Notes: generated by a model from the letters alone, not told the origin. A DNA stretch of 24,000 bases from Alphaproteobacteria bacterium (GCA_016793165.1 JAEULA010000054.1:66269-90268); one strand, 5' to 3'; positions 1-7,956 are shown, numbered from the stretch's first letter. Program-made: numbers and translations.

Positions 1-199
1 CCGCCATCGCTGGCGCCTCGGCGACGTGATTCTGTGGGACAACATCATCCTGCAGCATGCGCGCGAGCCCTTCGACAAGAGCGAGCGACGCACGCTGCGA
101 CGCACGCCGATCGCCGAGACCGACGGACCGCGGCGGTTCCCCGGCTCGCGCAGCGTTCAGGGGCCGATGTCGCGGGCGCAGTTCGCGACCGCGACGTGA
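1..199 (+). CDS. TauD/TfdA-family Fe(II)/2-oxoglutarate dioxygenase, C-terminal fragment (5' part outside window)
   Basis: Frame 2 is open from the window edge and reads ...RHRWRLGDVILWDNIILQHAREPFDKSERRTLRRTPIAE..., ending at TGA 197-199. The GD-V-x-x-WDN-x(4)-H-x-R block resembles the C-terminal His/Arg strand of TauD/TfdA enzymes. It is missing from the ORF track because there is no ATG in the window. Confidence 0.5.
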   Translation, partial: RHRWRLGDVILWDNIILQHAREPFDKSERRTLRRTPIAETDGPRRFPGSRSVQGPMSRAQFATAT

Positions 200-510
200 C
201 CGCCGCATTGCCGCCCGCGACGTTCCGGCATACCTGCCTGTTCGCACTGCGGCGGCCCGTCGACGATGCGCTGCTCACGGCGCTCGAAGCCTTTGCCGGC
301 CGCTTCCGGGAAGCCTTCCCGGCGATCCGGCGCTACCGATTCGACCGCAACCTCTCGCGCAAGGCCGGCCGCCACACGCTCGTCCTGTACAGCGAATTCG
401 ACGACGCGGCCGCCTTCCAGGCCTATGTGCGGTCGGCGCTGCACGACGAGATCGCGGCGTTCCTGGCCCCGCTCGTCGAGGAAACCCTGATCGCCGACCT
501 CGTCTGCTGA
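196..510 (+). CDS. Dabb (stress-responsive alpha/beta-barrel) domain protein, about 104 aa
   Basis: GTG at 196 overlaps the upstream stop (GTGA). The sequence FRHTCLFALRRP...HTLVLYSEFDDAAAFQAYVRSALHDE...LIADL has the typical size and pattern of a Dabb domain. The track ATG at 34 would run through the upstream CDS. Confidence 0.6.
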   Translation: MTAALPPATFRHTCLFALRRPVDDALLTALEAFAGRFREAFPAIRRYRFDRNLSRKAGRHTLVLYSEFDDAAAFQAYVRSALHDEIAAFLAPLVEETLIADLVC

Positions 511-633
511 CGGCGCGCGCCGCCGCGGGTCCGTCAACCTTAAGGCCGGGGGATCGCCCACCCGTGCTGTTGCGCCGTTCCGCCCGTTCTCCTAGAACGC
601 TTCGCCATCCATTCCGGAGGAGATTTCCGTCCC

Positions 634-1554
634 ATGCGCATCAGCCAGAAAGTGAAGAAGATCCTCGACAACTACGAGAGCGACAATCCGGGAACCAAGA
701 CCAATCTCGCCCGCATCCTGATGCACGGAAAGCTGGGCGGCACGGGGCGCATGATCATCCTGCCCGTCGACCAGGGCTTCGAGCACGGCCCGGCGCGCAG
801 CTTCGCGCCGAACGCGGCCGGCTACGATCCGCACTACCATTTCCAGCTCGCGCTCGATGCCGGCTGCAACGCCTACGCCTCGGCGCTGGGGATGCTCGAG
901 GCCGGCGCCGACAGTTTCGCGGGCGCCATCCCCACGATCCTCAAGGTCAACTCCTCGAACTCCCTCGCGCGCCCGAAGGACCAGGCGGTGACCGCCAGCG
1001 TCGACGACGCGCTTCGGCTCGGCTGCTCCGCGATCGGCTTCACGATCTATCCCGGCTCGGACGACTGCTTCGAGATGATGGAGGAGATCCGCGAGATGGC
1101 GCTCGAGGCGAAGAGCGTCGGCCTCGCCGTCGTCATGTGGAGCTATCCGCGCGGCGGCGACCTGACCAAGGAGGGCGAGACGGCGATGGACGTCTGCGCC
1201 TATGCCGCCCACATGGCGGCGCTGATGGGCGCGCACATCATCAAGGTGAAGCCGCCGACCGCGCATCTCTACCAGGACGCGGCGAAGAAGGTGTACGAGG
1301 CGCAGAAGATCGACATCTCGTCGCTCGAGAAGCGCATCGCCCATGTCGTCCAGAGCTGCTTCAACGGCCGCCGCCTGGTCGTCTTCTCGGGCGGCGAGGC
1401 GAAGGACGAGGCGGCGATCCTCGCGGAGGCCAAGGCCATCCATCTCGGCGGCGGCAACGGCTCGATCGTCGGCCGAAACTCCTTCCAGCGCCCGAAGGAC
1501 AAGGCGCTCGAGCTGCTCGGCAAGATGGCCGACGTCTATCTCGGCAAGGCGTGA
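634..1554 (+). CDS. fbaB: Class I fructose-bisphosphate aldolase (DeoC/FbaB family)
   Basis: The 306-aa product has GGTGRMIILPVDQGFEHGP, IPTILKVN and IIKVK motifs that align with E. coli FbaB (GTGYLSILPVDQGVEH...). GGAGGAG RBS lies about 10 nt upstream, and GC3 is high. Confidence 0.85.
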   Translation: MRISQKVKKILDNYESDNPGTKTNLARILMHGKLGGTGRMIILPVDQGFEHGPARSFAPNAAGYDPHYHFQLALDAGCNAYASALGMLEAGADSFAGAIPTILKVNSSNSLARPKDQAVTASVDDALRLGCSAIGFTIYPGSDDCFEMMEEIREMALEAKSVGLAVVMWSYPRGGDLTKEGETAMDVCAYAAHMAALMGAHIIKVKPPTAHLYQDAAKKVYEAQKIDISSLEKRIAHVVQSCFNGRRLVVFSGGEAKDEAAILAEAKAIHLGGGNGSIVGRNSFQRPKDKALELLGKMADVYLGKA

Positions 1555-2168
1555 AGCGCCCCTCCACGCGCCTCTACCTCGTGACGCCGCCGGCCTTCGA
1601 GCCGGCGGCGTTCGCGTCTCTGCTCGCGCGCACGCTCGATGCCGCGCAGGCGGATTCCGGCGGGGTCGCCGCGCTGCGCCTGCGGCTGCCGGGCGCCGAC
1701 GCCGACACGCTGGGCCGGGCGACGACGGCCATCATCACCGTCGCCCAGTCGCGCGGCGTCGCCCTGCTCATGCACGGCGAGGCCGCGCTCGCGCGCCGGC
1801 TGGGCTGCGACGGCGTCCACGTGCCGCCGCGCGACGTCGCCGCGGCGCGCGCGCTGTTCGGCGCCGAGGGCAGCGTCGGGGCGGGCTGCGGGCGCTCGAC
1901 CGACGCCGCGATGGCGGCGGCGGAGGCCGGCGCCGACTACGTGGCGTTCGGGCCGTGCACCGGCGCCGATGCGGTCGATCCCGAGCGCGTCGCCGACTGG
2001 GCCGTGGCCATGGTCGTGCCCTGCGTCGCGGGGGGCGGCCTCGATGCGACGACCCTGCCCGCCTGGGCCGCGACCGGGGCCGAATTCCTCGCCGTCGGGC
2101 GCGCGGTCTGGGATGCCCCGGAAGGCCCCGAGTCCGCCATCAAGACATTGATGAACGGCCTGAAATAA
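1551..2168 (+). CDS. Thiamine-phosphate synthase (ThiE) family protein, divergent
   Basis: GTG at 1551 overlaps the fbaB stop (GTGA). RLYLVTP, GCDGVHV, GADYVAFGP, PCVAGGGL and GAEFLAVGRAVW follow the TMP-TENI/ThiE fold motif order. Only the last 205 codons of track ORF 57..2168 are credible. Confidence 0.6.
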   Translation: MKRPSTRLYLVTPPAFEPAAFASLLARTLDAAQADSGGVAALRLRLPGADADTLGRATTAIITVAQSRGVALLMHGEAALARRLGCDGVHVPPRDVAAARALFGAEGSVGAGCGRSTDAAMAAAEAGADYVAFGPCTGADAVDPERVADWAVAMVVPCVAGGGLDATTLPAWAATGAEFLAVGRAVWDAPEGPESAIKTLMNGLK

Positions 2169-2249
2169 CCGTCCCGGATCGGTTGAAGCTCAGGGGGCAC
2201 CCTGTTAGGTTCCGCGCCGCTTTCCCTCCCCAGACAGAAGATTTGAGCC

Positions 2250-2816
2250 ATGAAGATCATCGGCAGCGCCGTCCGCGCGGGCAACATCATCGAGTACGAC
2301 GGCAAGATCTGGCGCGTGGTGAAGCACAACGTCGTCAGCCCCGGGAAGGGCTCGGCGTTCAACCAGATCGAGATGCGCGACGCCAAGACCGGCACGAAGA
2401 ACAACGTGAAGCTCCGCGCCGACGAGACGGTCGAGCAGCTGCGCGCCGATCAGAAGGAGATGCAGTACCTGTTCCACGACGGCGACGCGTACACGTTCAT
2501 GGACCAGGAGAGCTTCGAGCAGGTCATGGTCAATCGCGACATGATCGGCGACGCGGCCGACTTCCTCACCGACAACATGATCTGCACGGTCGACCTGATC
2601 GAGGGCGAGATCGTCGGCGTGACGCTGCCGCAGTCGACGATCTGCACGGTCGTCGAAGCCGATGCCGTGGTGAAGGGCCAGACCGCCGCGTCGTCCTACA
2701 AGCCCGCCGTGCTCGACAACGGCGTCAAGATCATGGTCCCGCCCTTCATCGCGACCGGCACGCGGATCGTCGTGAACATCGAAGAGCGGTCGTACATGGA
2801 GCGATCGAAGGACTGA
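2250..2816 (+). CDS. efp: Translation elongation factor P
   Basis: The 188-aa product has the hallmark EF-P region: GNIIEYDGKIWRVVKHNVVSPGKGSAFNQIEMRD...FMDQESFEQ...VKGQTAASSYKPA. Confidence 0.95.
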   Translation: MKIIGSAVRAGNIIEYDGKIWRVVKHNVVSPGKGSAFNQIEMRDAKTGTKNNVKLRADETVEQLRADQKEMQYLFHDGDAYTFMDQESFEQVMVNRDMIGDAADFLTDNMICTVDLIEGEIVGVTLPQSTICTVVEADAVVKGQTAASSYKPAVLDNGVKIMVPPFIATGTRIVVNIEERSYMERSKD

Positions 2817-2841
2817 CGCGCAATCGTCGGGCGCGCGCGCC

Positions 2842-3651
2842 ATGGTCTCCCGCACAGCAATCTACACGGTCATGGAGCGCGCGGTCCGCAAGGCGGCGCG
2901 CGGTCTCGTGCGCGATTTCGGCGAGGTCGAGCATCTCCAGGTCTCGGTCAAGGGCCCCGGCGACTTCGTCTCCAACGCCGACCGGAACTCGGAGCGGATC
3001 CTGCGCGAGGAGCTCGAGCGCGCGCGGCCCGGCTACGGCTTCCTGATGGAGGAAGGCGGCGAGATCGCCGGCGACGGCACGAACCGCTGGATCATCGATC
3101 CGCTCGACGGCACCACCAACTTCCTGCACGGCATCCCGCAGTTCTGCATCTCCGTCGCGCTCGAGCGCAGCGGCGAGGTCGTCGCGGGCATCGTCTACAA
3201 CCCGATCCAGGACGAGCTCTACTGGGCAGAGCGCGGCCACGGCGCCTTCCTGAACGAGCGCCGCCTTCGAGTCTCCGGCCGCCGCAACCTCGAGGACGCG
3301 CTCATCGGCACCGGCATCCCCTTCGGCGATCGCGGCGACCACGCCGTGTATCTGCGCACGCTCGCCGCGGTGATGAACCGCACCGCGGGCACCCGCCGGG
3401 CCGGCGCCGCAGCGCTCGACCTGGCCTATGTCGCGGCCGGCCGCCTCGACGGCTTCTGGGAGTTCGGGCTGCACCCCTGGGACATCGCCGCGGGCATGAT
3501 CCTGATCCGGGAGGCCGGCGGCTTCGTCGAGGATCTCGGCGGCCGCGAGAACCCCATGAAGACGGGCAACGTCCTCGCCGCGAACAGCCACCTGCTCGGG
3601 CCGCTCGGGCGACTCCTGCGCAGCGCCACGGACGGGCCGGGCGCGGCGTGA
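2842..3651 (+). CDS. suhB: Inositol monophosphatase family protein (SuhB-like)
   Basis: FLMEEGG and WIIDPLDGTTNFLHG are IMPase metal-binding signatures, and WDIAAG is the C-terminal motif. Length is 269 aa. Confidence 0.9.
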   Translation: MVSRTAIYTVMERAVRKAARGLVRDFGEVEHLQVSVKGPGDFVSNADRNSERILREELERARPGYGFLMEEGGEIAGDGTNRWIIDPLDGTTNFLHGIPQFCISVALERSGEVVAGIVYNPIQDELYWAERGHGAFLNERRLRVSGRRNLEDALIGTGIPFGDRGDHAVYLRTLAAVMNRTAGTRRAGAAALDLAYVAAGRLDGFWEFGLHPWDIAAGMILIREAGGFVEDLGGRENPMKTGNVLAANSHLLGPLGRLLRSATDGPGAA

Positions 3652-3738
3652 AGCCGCGGCGATCGCACGCGACGAACTCGCGCGCCCGCCGCGAAGTCCG
3701 TTGTCGCCCTGCGCAACCGTGAGTAAGTTGCGGTCCTG

Positions 3739-4938
3739 ATGGCGAAAACGCGGTCGATTCCCGCTCGTTCCGTCTTGCGCGGTGCGCTGGCGGCAGCTCT
3801 CGTCGCGGCTGGCGTGACGGCCGCCGACGCCCAGCAGCAATTGCGTCAGCGACAGTCCAGCGTGACCGTGGACTGGAGCGTCCTGGAGCAACTGCAGCGC
3901 GGCGGCGCCTCGGGAGCTGCAACGCTGACACCGCCATCACGTCAGCAGAAGGTGCAGCGCAGCGCAGCGCGCCCTGCCAGCTCCGCAAACTCGGCCAAAT
4001 CGCGCGCCGCGGCCCGCCGGCCGGCAACGCCCGCGCGCCAGAGCGCACCCGCGGCCGACGTCGCGGAGGAGCCGCCGGTCCTGCTCCGCCCGCCGCCGCC
4101 GGCCCCGCCGCCGCCCGACACCCGCTCGGTGACGGCCGCGGCGCCACCGCCGGAGCCGCCGCGAAACGTGGCAGCGCCAACGCCGCCCGCCGCCGGAAGC
4201 GGCGGCGGATTCGTGCCGCCTGCCCCGCCGCCTGCTTTCGGCGAGCGGCCGCCCGCCGCCACCCCTTCCGTCCCGGTCTCGCCGACGCCGCCCCCGCCGA
4301 GCGTCAGCTCACCCGCTGTCGTCGCCGCGCCCCCGACGCCGCCGGCCGCGGCGGCGGCCCCTGCGGCGCCGCCGGTCGTCGCGACGCCCGCGCCGACACC
4401 GTCGCCCCGGTCGCCCACAGCCGTCGAGTCGGCGCCGGTCGCGCCGCCACCTGCAACGGCGTCGCCGGCACCCCCGCCGAGCGTACCCCCGACGGTCGCC
4501 GCCGCGCCGCCTGCCGCATCGCCGCCGCCCAGCGCGTCCCCGCCCGCCGCGCCGGCTCCGAGCGCGACCCCGGCACCGGAGGCGCCGCAGGTCGCCGCGG
4601 CGCCGCCCGTCTCGCGCGCCGCGGGGCCGCCGCCGAATGCGCGCCTCAGCTTCAGCGGCGAGAGCAACGATCTCCCGGCCGACGGCCGCACCGAGCTTCG
4701 CACCGTCGTCGACCAGATGAAGCGCAGTACCGACCTGCGGCTGCGCATCGAGGGCTATGCGAGCGGCGGCGACGACGCCAACCGCTCGCGGCGCCTGAGC
4801 CTCAGCCGCGCGCTCGCGGTGCGGTCCTACCTGATGGACCAGGGCATCGCGTCGACGCGCATGGACGTCTATGCGCGCGGCCCCCAGACCGACGGCGGTC
4901 CCGCCGACCGCGTCGACCTCACCGTCTTCCGGCGCTGA
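3739..4938 (+). CDS. Secreted or anchored Pro/Ala-rich protein with C-terminal OmpA-like peptidoglycan-binding domain
   Basis: The N-terminus looks like a signal peptide (LRGALAAALVAAGVTAADA|QQQ). About 290 aa of P/A/S/T low complexity follow. The C-terminus is LRLRIEGYASGGDDANRSRRLSLSRALAVRSYLMDQGI...DRVDLTVFRR, which is an OmpA_C-like pattern. Confidence 0.75.
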   Translation: MAKTRSIPARSVLRGALAAALVAAGVTAADAQQQLRQRQSSVTVDWSVLEQLQRGGASGAATLTPPSRQQKVQRSAARPASSANSAKSRAAARRPATPARQSAPAADVAEEPPVLLRPPPPAPPPPDTRSVTAAAPPPEPPRNVAAPTPPAAGSGGGFVPPAPPPAFGERPPAATPSVPVSPTPPPPSVSSPAVVAAPPTPPAAAAAPAAPPVVATPAPTPSPRSPTAVESAPVAPPPATASPAPPPSVPPTVAAAPPAASPPPSASPPAAPAPSATPAPEAPQVAAAPPVSRAAGPPPNARLSFSGESNDLPADGRTELRTVVDQMKRSTDLRLRIEGYASGGDDANRSRRLSLSRALAVRSYLMDQGIASTRMDVYARGPQTDGGPADRVDLTVFRR

Positions 4939-4944
4939 TCGGCG

Positions 4945-6081
4945 ATGACAAAGCCGGTCCGATACCTGATCCGCATGGTGCTCTTCCTCACCTGCGTGGC
5001 CGCGGTGATCTTCTTCCTGCACGAGCAGCTTTTCGTCGCCTTCCGCAACACGCCGATCCTCAACAGCATCATCGTCGCCGTCCTCGTGCTGGGCATCGCG
5101 GAGAATTTCCGGCAGGTCCTGATCCTCAATCCCGAAGTCCTCTGGATCCGCAGCTTCCGCAGCGACCGCCCTGTCGCCGCGCCGCGGCGCCTCAAGCTCC
5201 TCGCGCCGATGGTGGCGATGCTGGGCGAACGCAAGAGCGGCCGGCTGCAGCTGTCGGCGGTCGCCACCCGCGCGCTGCTCGACGGCATCGGCTCGCGCCT
5301 CGACGAATCGCGCGACCTGTCCCGCTACCTGATCGGGCTCCTGATCTTCCTCGGGCTGCTCGGCACGTTCTGGGGCCTGCTCGAGACGGTGAGCGCCGTG
5401 TCCGGCGTCATCTCGAGTCTCAGCGGCGCCACGGACGCGAGTTCGCTGTTCAACGATCTCCAGGCCGGCCTCAAGGCGCCGCTCGGCGGCATGGGCACGG
5501 CCTTCGGGACGTCGCTTTTCGGGCTCGCCGGCTCGCTCGTGGTCGGTTTCCTGGACCTGCAGTCGAGCCAGGCGCAGAACCGCTTCTACAACGAGCTCGA
5601 GGAATGGCTGTCGGGCATCACCCGGCTCGGTGGCGGCGGCCCCGTCGGCGATAGCGACCAGTCGGTCCCCGCCTACATCCAGGCCCTGCTGGAGCAGACC
5701 GCCGACAACCTGGAGAACTTCCAGCGCACCGTGCAGCAGTCGGAACTGGGCCGCCAGGGCGCGAACACCGCGCTGGTGACCCTGGGCGAACGCCTCACCC
5801 AGCTGACCGAGCAGATGCGCACGGAACAGCAGCTCATGACGCGCCTCGCGGAGGCCCAGCTCGAGATCAAGCCGGCACTCCAGCGCTTCGCGGAGTCCGC
5901 CTCGCGCCCGAGCACCGGTGGCGACGAGACGCTGCGCGCCTCGCTCAAGAACATGGAGGCACTGCTCTCGCGGATCCTGGAGGAGACGCAGGCCGGCCGT
6001 TCGCAGCTCACCCAGGACATCCGGAACGAGTTCCGCCTGCTGGCGCGGACGATCGCCGCGCTCGCCGAGGAAGAGCGCTAG
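4945..6081 (+). CDS. MotA/TolQ/ExbB-type proton-channel family protein with about 175-aa helical C-terminal tail
   Basis: Four hydrophobic segments are present. TM3/TM4 carry the family signature (LIFLGLLGTFWGLLETV and GMGTAFGTSLFGLAGSLVVGFL). The gene starts 6 nt after the upstream stop. The tail (residues about 204-378) is Q/E/L/R-rich and heptad-like. Confidence 0.8.
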   Translation: MTKPVRYLIRMVLFLTCVAAVIFFLHEQLFVAFRNTPILNSIIVAVLVLGIAENFRQVLILNPEVLWIRSFRSDRPVAAPRRLKLLAPMVAMLGERKSGRLQLSAVATRALLDGIGSRLDESRDLSRYLIGLLIFLGLLGTFWGLLETVSAVSGVISSLSGATDASSLFNDLQAGLKAPLGGMGTAFGTSLFGLAGSLVVGFLDLQSSQAQNRFYNELEEWLSGITRLGGGGPVGDSDQSVPAYIQALLEQTADNLENFQRTVQQSELGRQGANTALVTLGERLTQLTEQMRTEQQLMTRLAEAQLEIKPALQRFAESASRPSTGGDETLRASLKNMEALLSRILEETQAGRSQLTQDIRNEFRLLARTIAALAEEER

Positions 6082-6162
6082 GGCCCCGGCGATGCGGCCC
6101 CGGGCCGACGAGACTCCTCCCCGCGATCTCGATGACCGTGCCCGTCGCGGCGGCGCACGGCC

Positions 6163-7899
6163 ATGAGGACGACAGGAAGACGGCGCGGCCACGCGCTCGA
6201 CATCTGGCCGGGCTTCGTGGACGCCCTGGCCACGCTGATCATGGTCATCGTCTTCCTGCTGATGATCTTCACGCTGTTCCAGTTCCACCTGAAGGACCTG
6301 ATCAGCGGGCGCGACCAGGCGCTCGACCAGCTGTCGCGACGCATCGGCGACCTCGCCGACCAGCTCGCGCTGGAGCGTCGCGGGGCGGCCGACCTGCGGG
6401 ACCAGATCGACCTCCTGTCAGGCGAGCTCGCGTCGTCGATCACCATCCGCGACCGCCTGCAGTCCGAGCTCGCGACCGCCGAGGGCCGGGTGCGCGCGGT
6501 CGAAGGCAACCTGTCCGCCGAGGAGGCGCGCCGGCGACAGATCGAGGCTCTTCTGGCTGCCGCCGAGACGCGCGGCCGCGATCTCGACGCGCGCCTCGCC
6601 GCGCGCGACGCCCAGGCCCGCGATCTCGACGCCCGCCTTGCAACGCGCGACGCCGAGGCACGCGATCTCGCTTCGCGCCTGGCTGCGCGGGAAGGCGAGG
6701 CGCGCGATCTCGCGACGCGCCTGGCATCGCGCGACGGCGAAGCCCGCGACCTCGCGAACCGGCTGGCGACGCGCGACGGCGAAGCGCGAGAACTGGCCCA
6801 GCGCCTCTCGGACGCCGAGGGCCGCATCCAGCTCAGCGCGCGGGAGGCGGCCGCCCTCACCCAGCGGCTCGCCGCGGCCGAAGGCCGCGCCGCCGAGGCC
6901 GAGGCGCGCGCCACGCGTTCCGACGCCCGCAGCGCCGATCTCGCGCGCCGCATCGAGGAGGCCGAGGCCCGTGCGCGCGACGCCGGCAGCCGGGTCACCC
7001 TCAGCGCGAACGAGGCCGCCGCACTCGCGCAGCGTCTCGCGGCCGCCGAGGCGCGCCTGCGCGAGGCGGACGGCCGGCTCGAGGACGCCTTCAAGTCGAT
7101 CGCGGCGGACCGCGAGAAGATCGAGGTGCAGCTGCGCGAGCTCGACGCGCTGCGGCAGAACATCCAGACGCTGACGATCCTGCGCGACCAGCTCGAGCGC
7201 GACCTCGCGGCGCGCAGCGTCGAGCTGCGCGGGGCCGATCAGGCGCTGACCGCGGAGCGCAAGCTGTCGAGCGACTCCCAGCTCCGGATCGACGCGCTGA
7301 CGCGCCAGATCAACGCGCTGCAGCAGCAGCTCGGCCGGCTGGAGACGGCGCTCGACGCGAGCGAGGCGAAGTCCCGCGAGCAGCAGGTGCAGATCGTCGA
7401 TCTCGGCCGGCGCCTCAACCTGGCGCTGGCGAGCAAGGTCGAGGAGCTGGCGCGCTACCGCTCGGAGTTCTTCGGCCGCCTGCGCGAGGCGCTCGGCGAT
7501 CGCAACGACGTGCGCGTCGTCGGCGACCGCTTCATCTTCGAGACCGAGGTGCTGTTCGAGTCCGGGTCCGCGGCGCTCCAACCCGAGGGCCGGCGTCAGA
7601 TCGACCGCGTCGGCGCCGCGCTGCGCGAGATCACCGCGCAGATCCCGGCCGACGTCAACTGGATCCTCCAGGTCGACGGTCACACCGACCGGCGTCCGGT
7701 CCTGCGCGCCTTCGCCTCGAACTGGGAGCTGTCGCATGCCCGCGCCATGTCGGTCGTGCGCGCGCTGATGGCCGCCGGCATCCCGGCCGAGCGCCTCGCC
7801 GCCGCCGGCTACGCGGAGTTCCAGCCGCTCGATCCGCGCGACGACGAGGCCGCGTTCCGGCGCAATCGCCGCATCGAGCTGAAGCTCACCAACCGCTGA
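6163..7899 (+). CDS. MotB-like protein: N-terminal TM anchor with conserved Asp, long coiled coil, C-terminal OmpA/MotB peptidoglycan-binding domain
   Basis: The N-terminus DIWPGFVDALATLIMVIVFLLMIF (Asp20, codon 6220-6222) resembles the MotB/ExbD/TolR plug-TM region. The C-terminus FESGSAAL...VDGHTDRRP...SNWELSHARA...NRRIELKL is OmpA_C-like. Residues about 45-430 are A/R/E/L-rich coiled coil. An in-frame stop at 6133 fixes ATG 6163 as the first start. Confidence 0.8.
   Translation: MRTTGRRRGHALDIWPGFVDALATLIMVIVFLLMIFTLFQFHLKDLISGRDQALDQLSRRIGDLADQLALERRGAADLRDQIDLLSGELASSITIRDRLQSELATAEGRVRAVEGNLSAEEARRRQIEALLAAAETRGRDLDARLAARDAQARDLDARLATRDAEARDLASRLAAREGEARDLATRLASRDGEARDLANRLATRDGEARELAQRLSDAEGRIQLSAREAAALTQRLAAAEGRAAEAEARATRSDARSADLARRIEEAEARARDAGSRVTLSANEAAALAQRLAAAEARLREADGRLEDAFKSIAADREKIEVQLRELDALRQNIQTLTILRDQLERDLAARSVELRGADQALTAERKLSSDSQLRIDALTRQINALQQQLGRLETALDASEAKSREQQVQIVDLGRRLNLALASKVEELARYRSEFFGRLREALGDRNDVRVVGDRFIFETEVLFESGSAALQPEGRRQIDRVGAALREITAQIPADVNWILQVDGHTDRRPVLRAFASNWELSHARAMSVVRALMAAGIPAERLAAAGYAEFQPLDPRDDEAAFRRNRRIELKLTNR
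6574..6825 (+). repeat. Six tandem 42-bp (14-aa, two-heptad) repeats inside the MotB-like coiled coil
   Basis: The units are GRDLDARLAARDAQ / ARDLDARLATRDAE / ARDLASRLAAREGE / ARDLATRLASRDGE / ARDLANRLATRDGE / ARELAQRLSDAEGR. The repeat is visible at DNA level as reiterated gcgcgatctcg...cgc units. Confidence 0.9.
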
Positions 7900-7907
7900 C
7901 GGCGAGC

Positions 7908-7933
7908 GGGTCGCGGCGCCGCTGCCGCGACCC
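7908..7933. terminator. GC-rich stem-loop between convergent genes (possible terminator, no U-tract)
   Basis: gggtcgcggc (7908-7917) and gccgcgaccc (7924-7933) form a perfect 10-bp stem with a 6-nt loop. It sits between the MotB-like stop (7899) and the ABC transporter stop (7957). Confidence 0.35.
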
Positions 7934-7956
7934 CTCGGCGAGCGACCCGGCGCGGC

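Noticed and set aside
57-2168. 703-aa ORF spanning the Dabb gene, fbaB and the ThiE-like gene
   Set aside because: Its translation is Arg/Pro/Ala-rich nonsense typical of off-frame high-GC sequence, and it overlaps two well-supported genes in other frames. Only its last 205 codons (from GTG 1551) look like a real protein (ThiE-like).
4309-6288. 659-aa minus-strand ORF, with related shadow ORFs 6078..7163(-), 6132..8333(+), 6418..7737(-) and 3942..4748(-)
   Set aside because: These are mirror or off-frame ORFs of the Pro/Ala-rich and Ala/Arg/Glu coiled-coil genes. Their products are low-complexity R/G/A-rich sequences without domain-like motifs. The plus-strand genes have clear MotA/OmpA signatures.
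4945-7899. Interpretation as a Zorya (ZorAB) anti-phage system
   Set aside because: No ZorC/ZorD-like or other effector genes are adjacent. The long coiled coil is on the B rather than the A subunit. The flanks are core housekeeping genes (efp, suhB, cyaY), not a defence island. I kept only the architectural analogy.
4945-7899. Interpretation as the flagellar stator MotAB
   Set aside because: There are no flagellar or chemotaxis genes in the 24 kb. The B subunit is about twice the usual MotB length because of a roughly 390-aa coiled coil, and the A subunit has an atypically long tail. This cannot be excluded without phylogeny.
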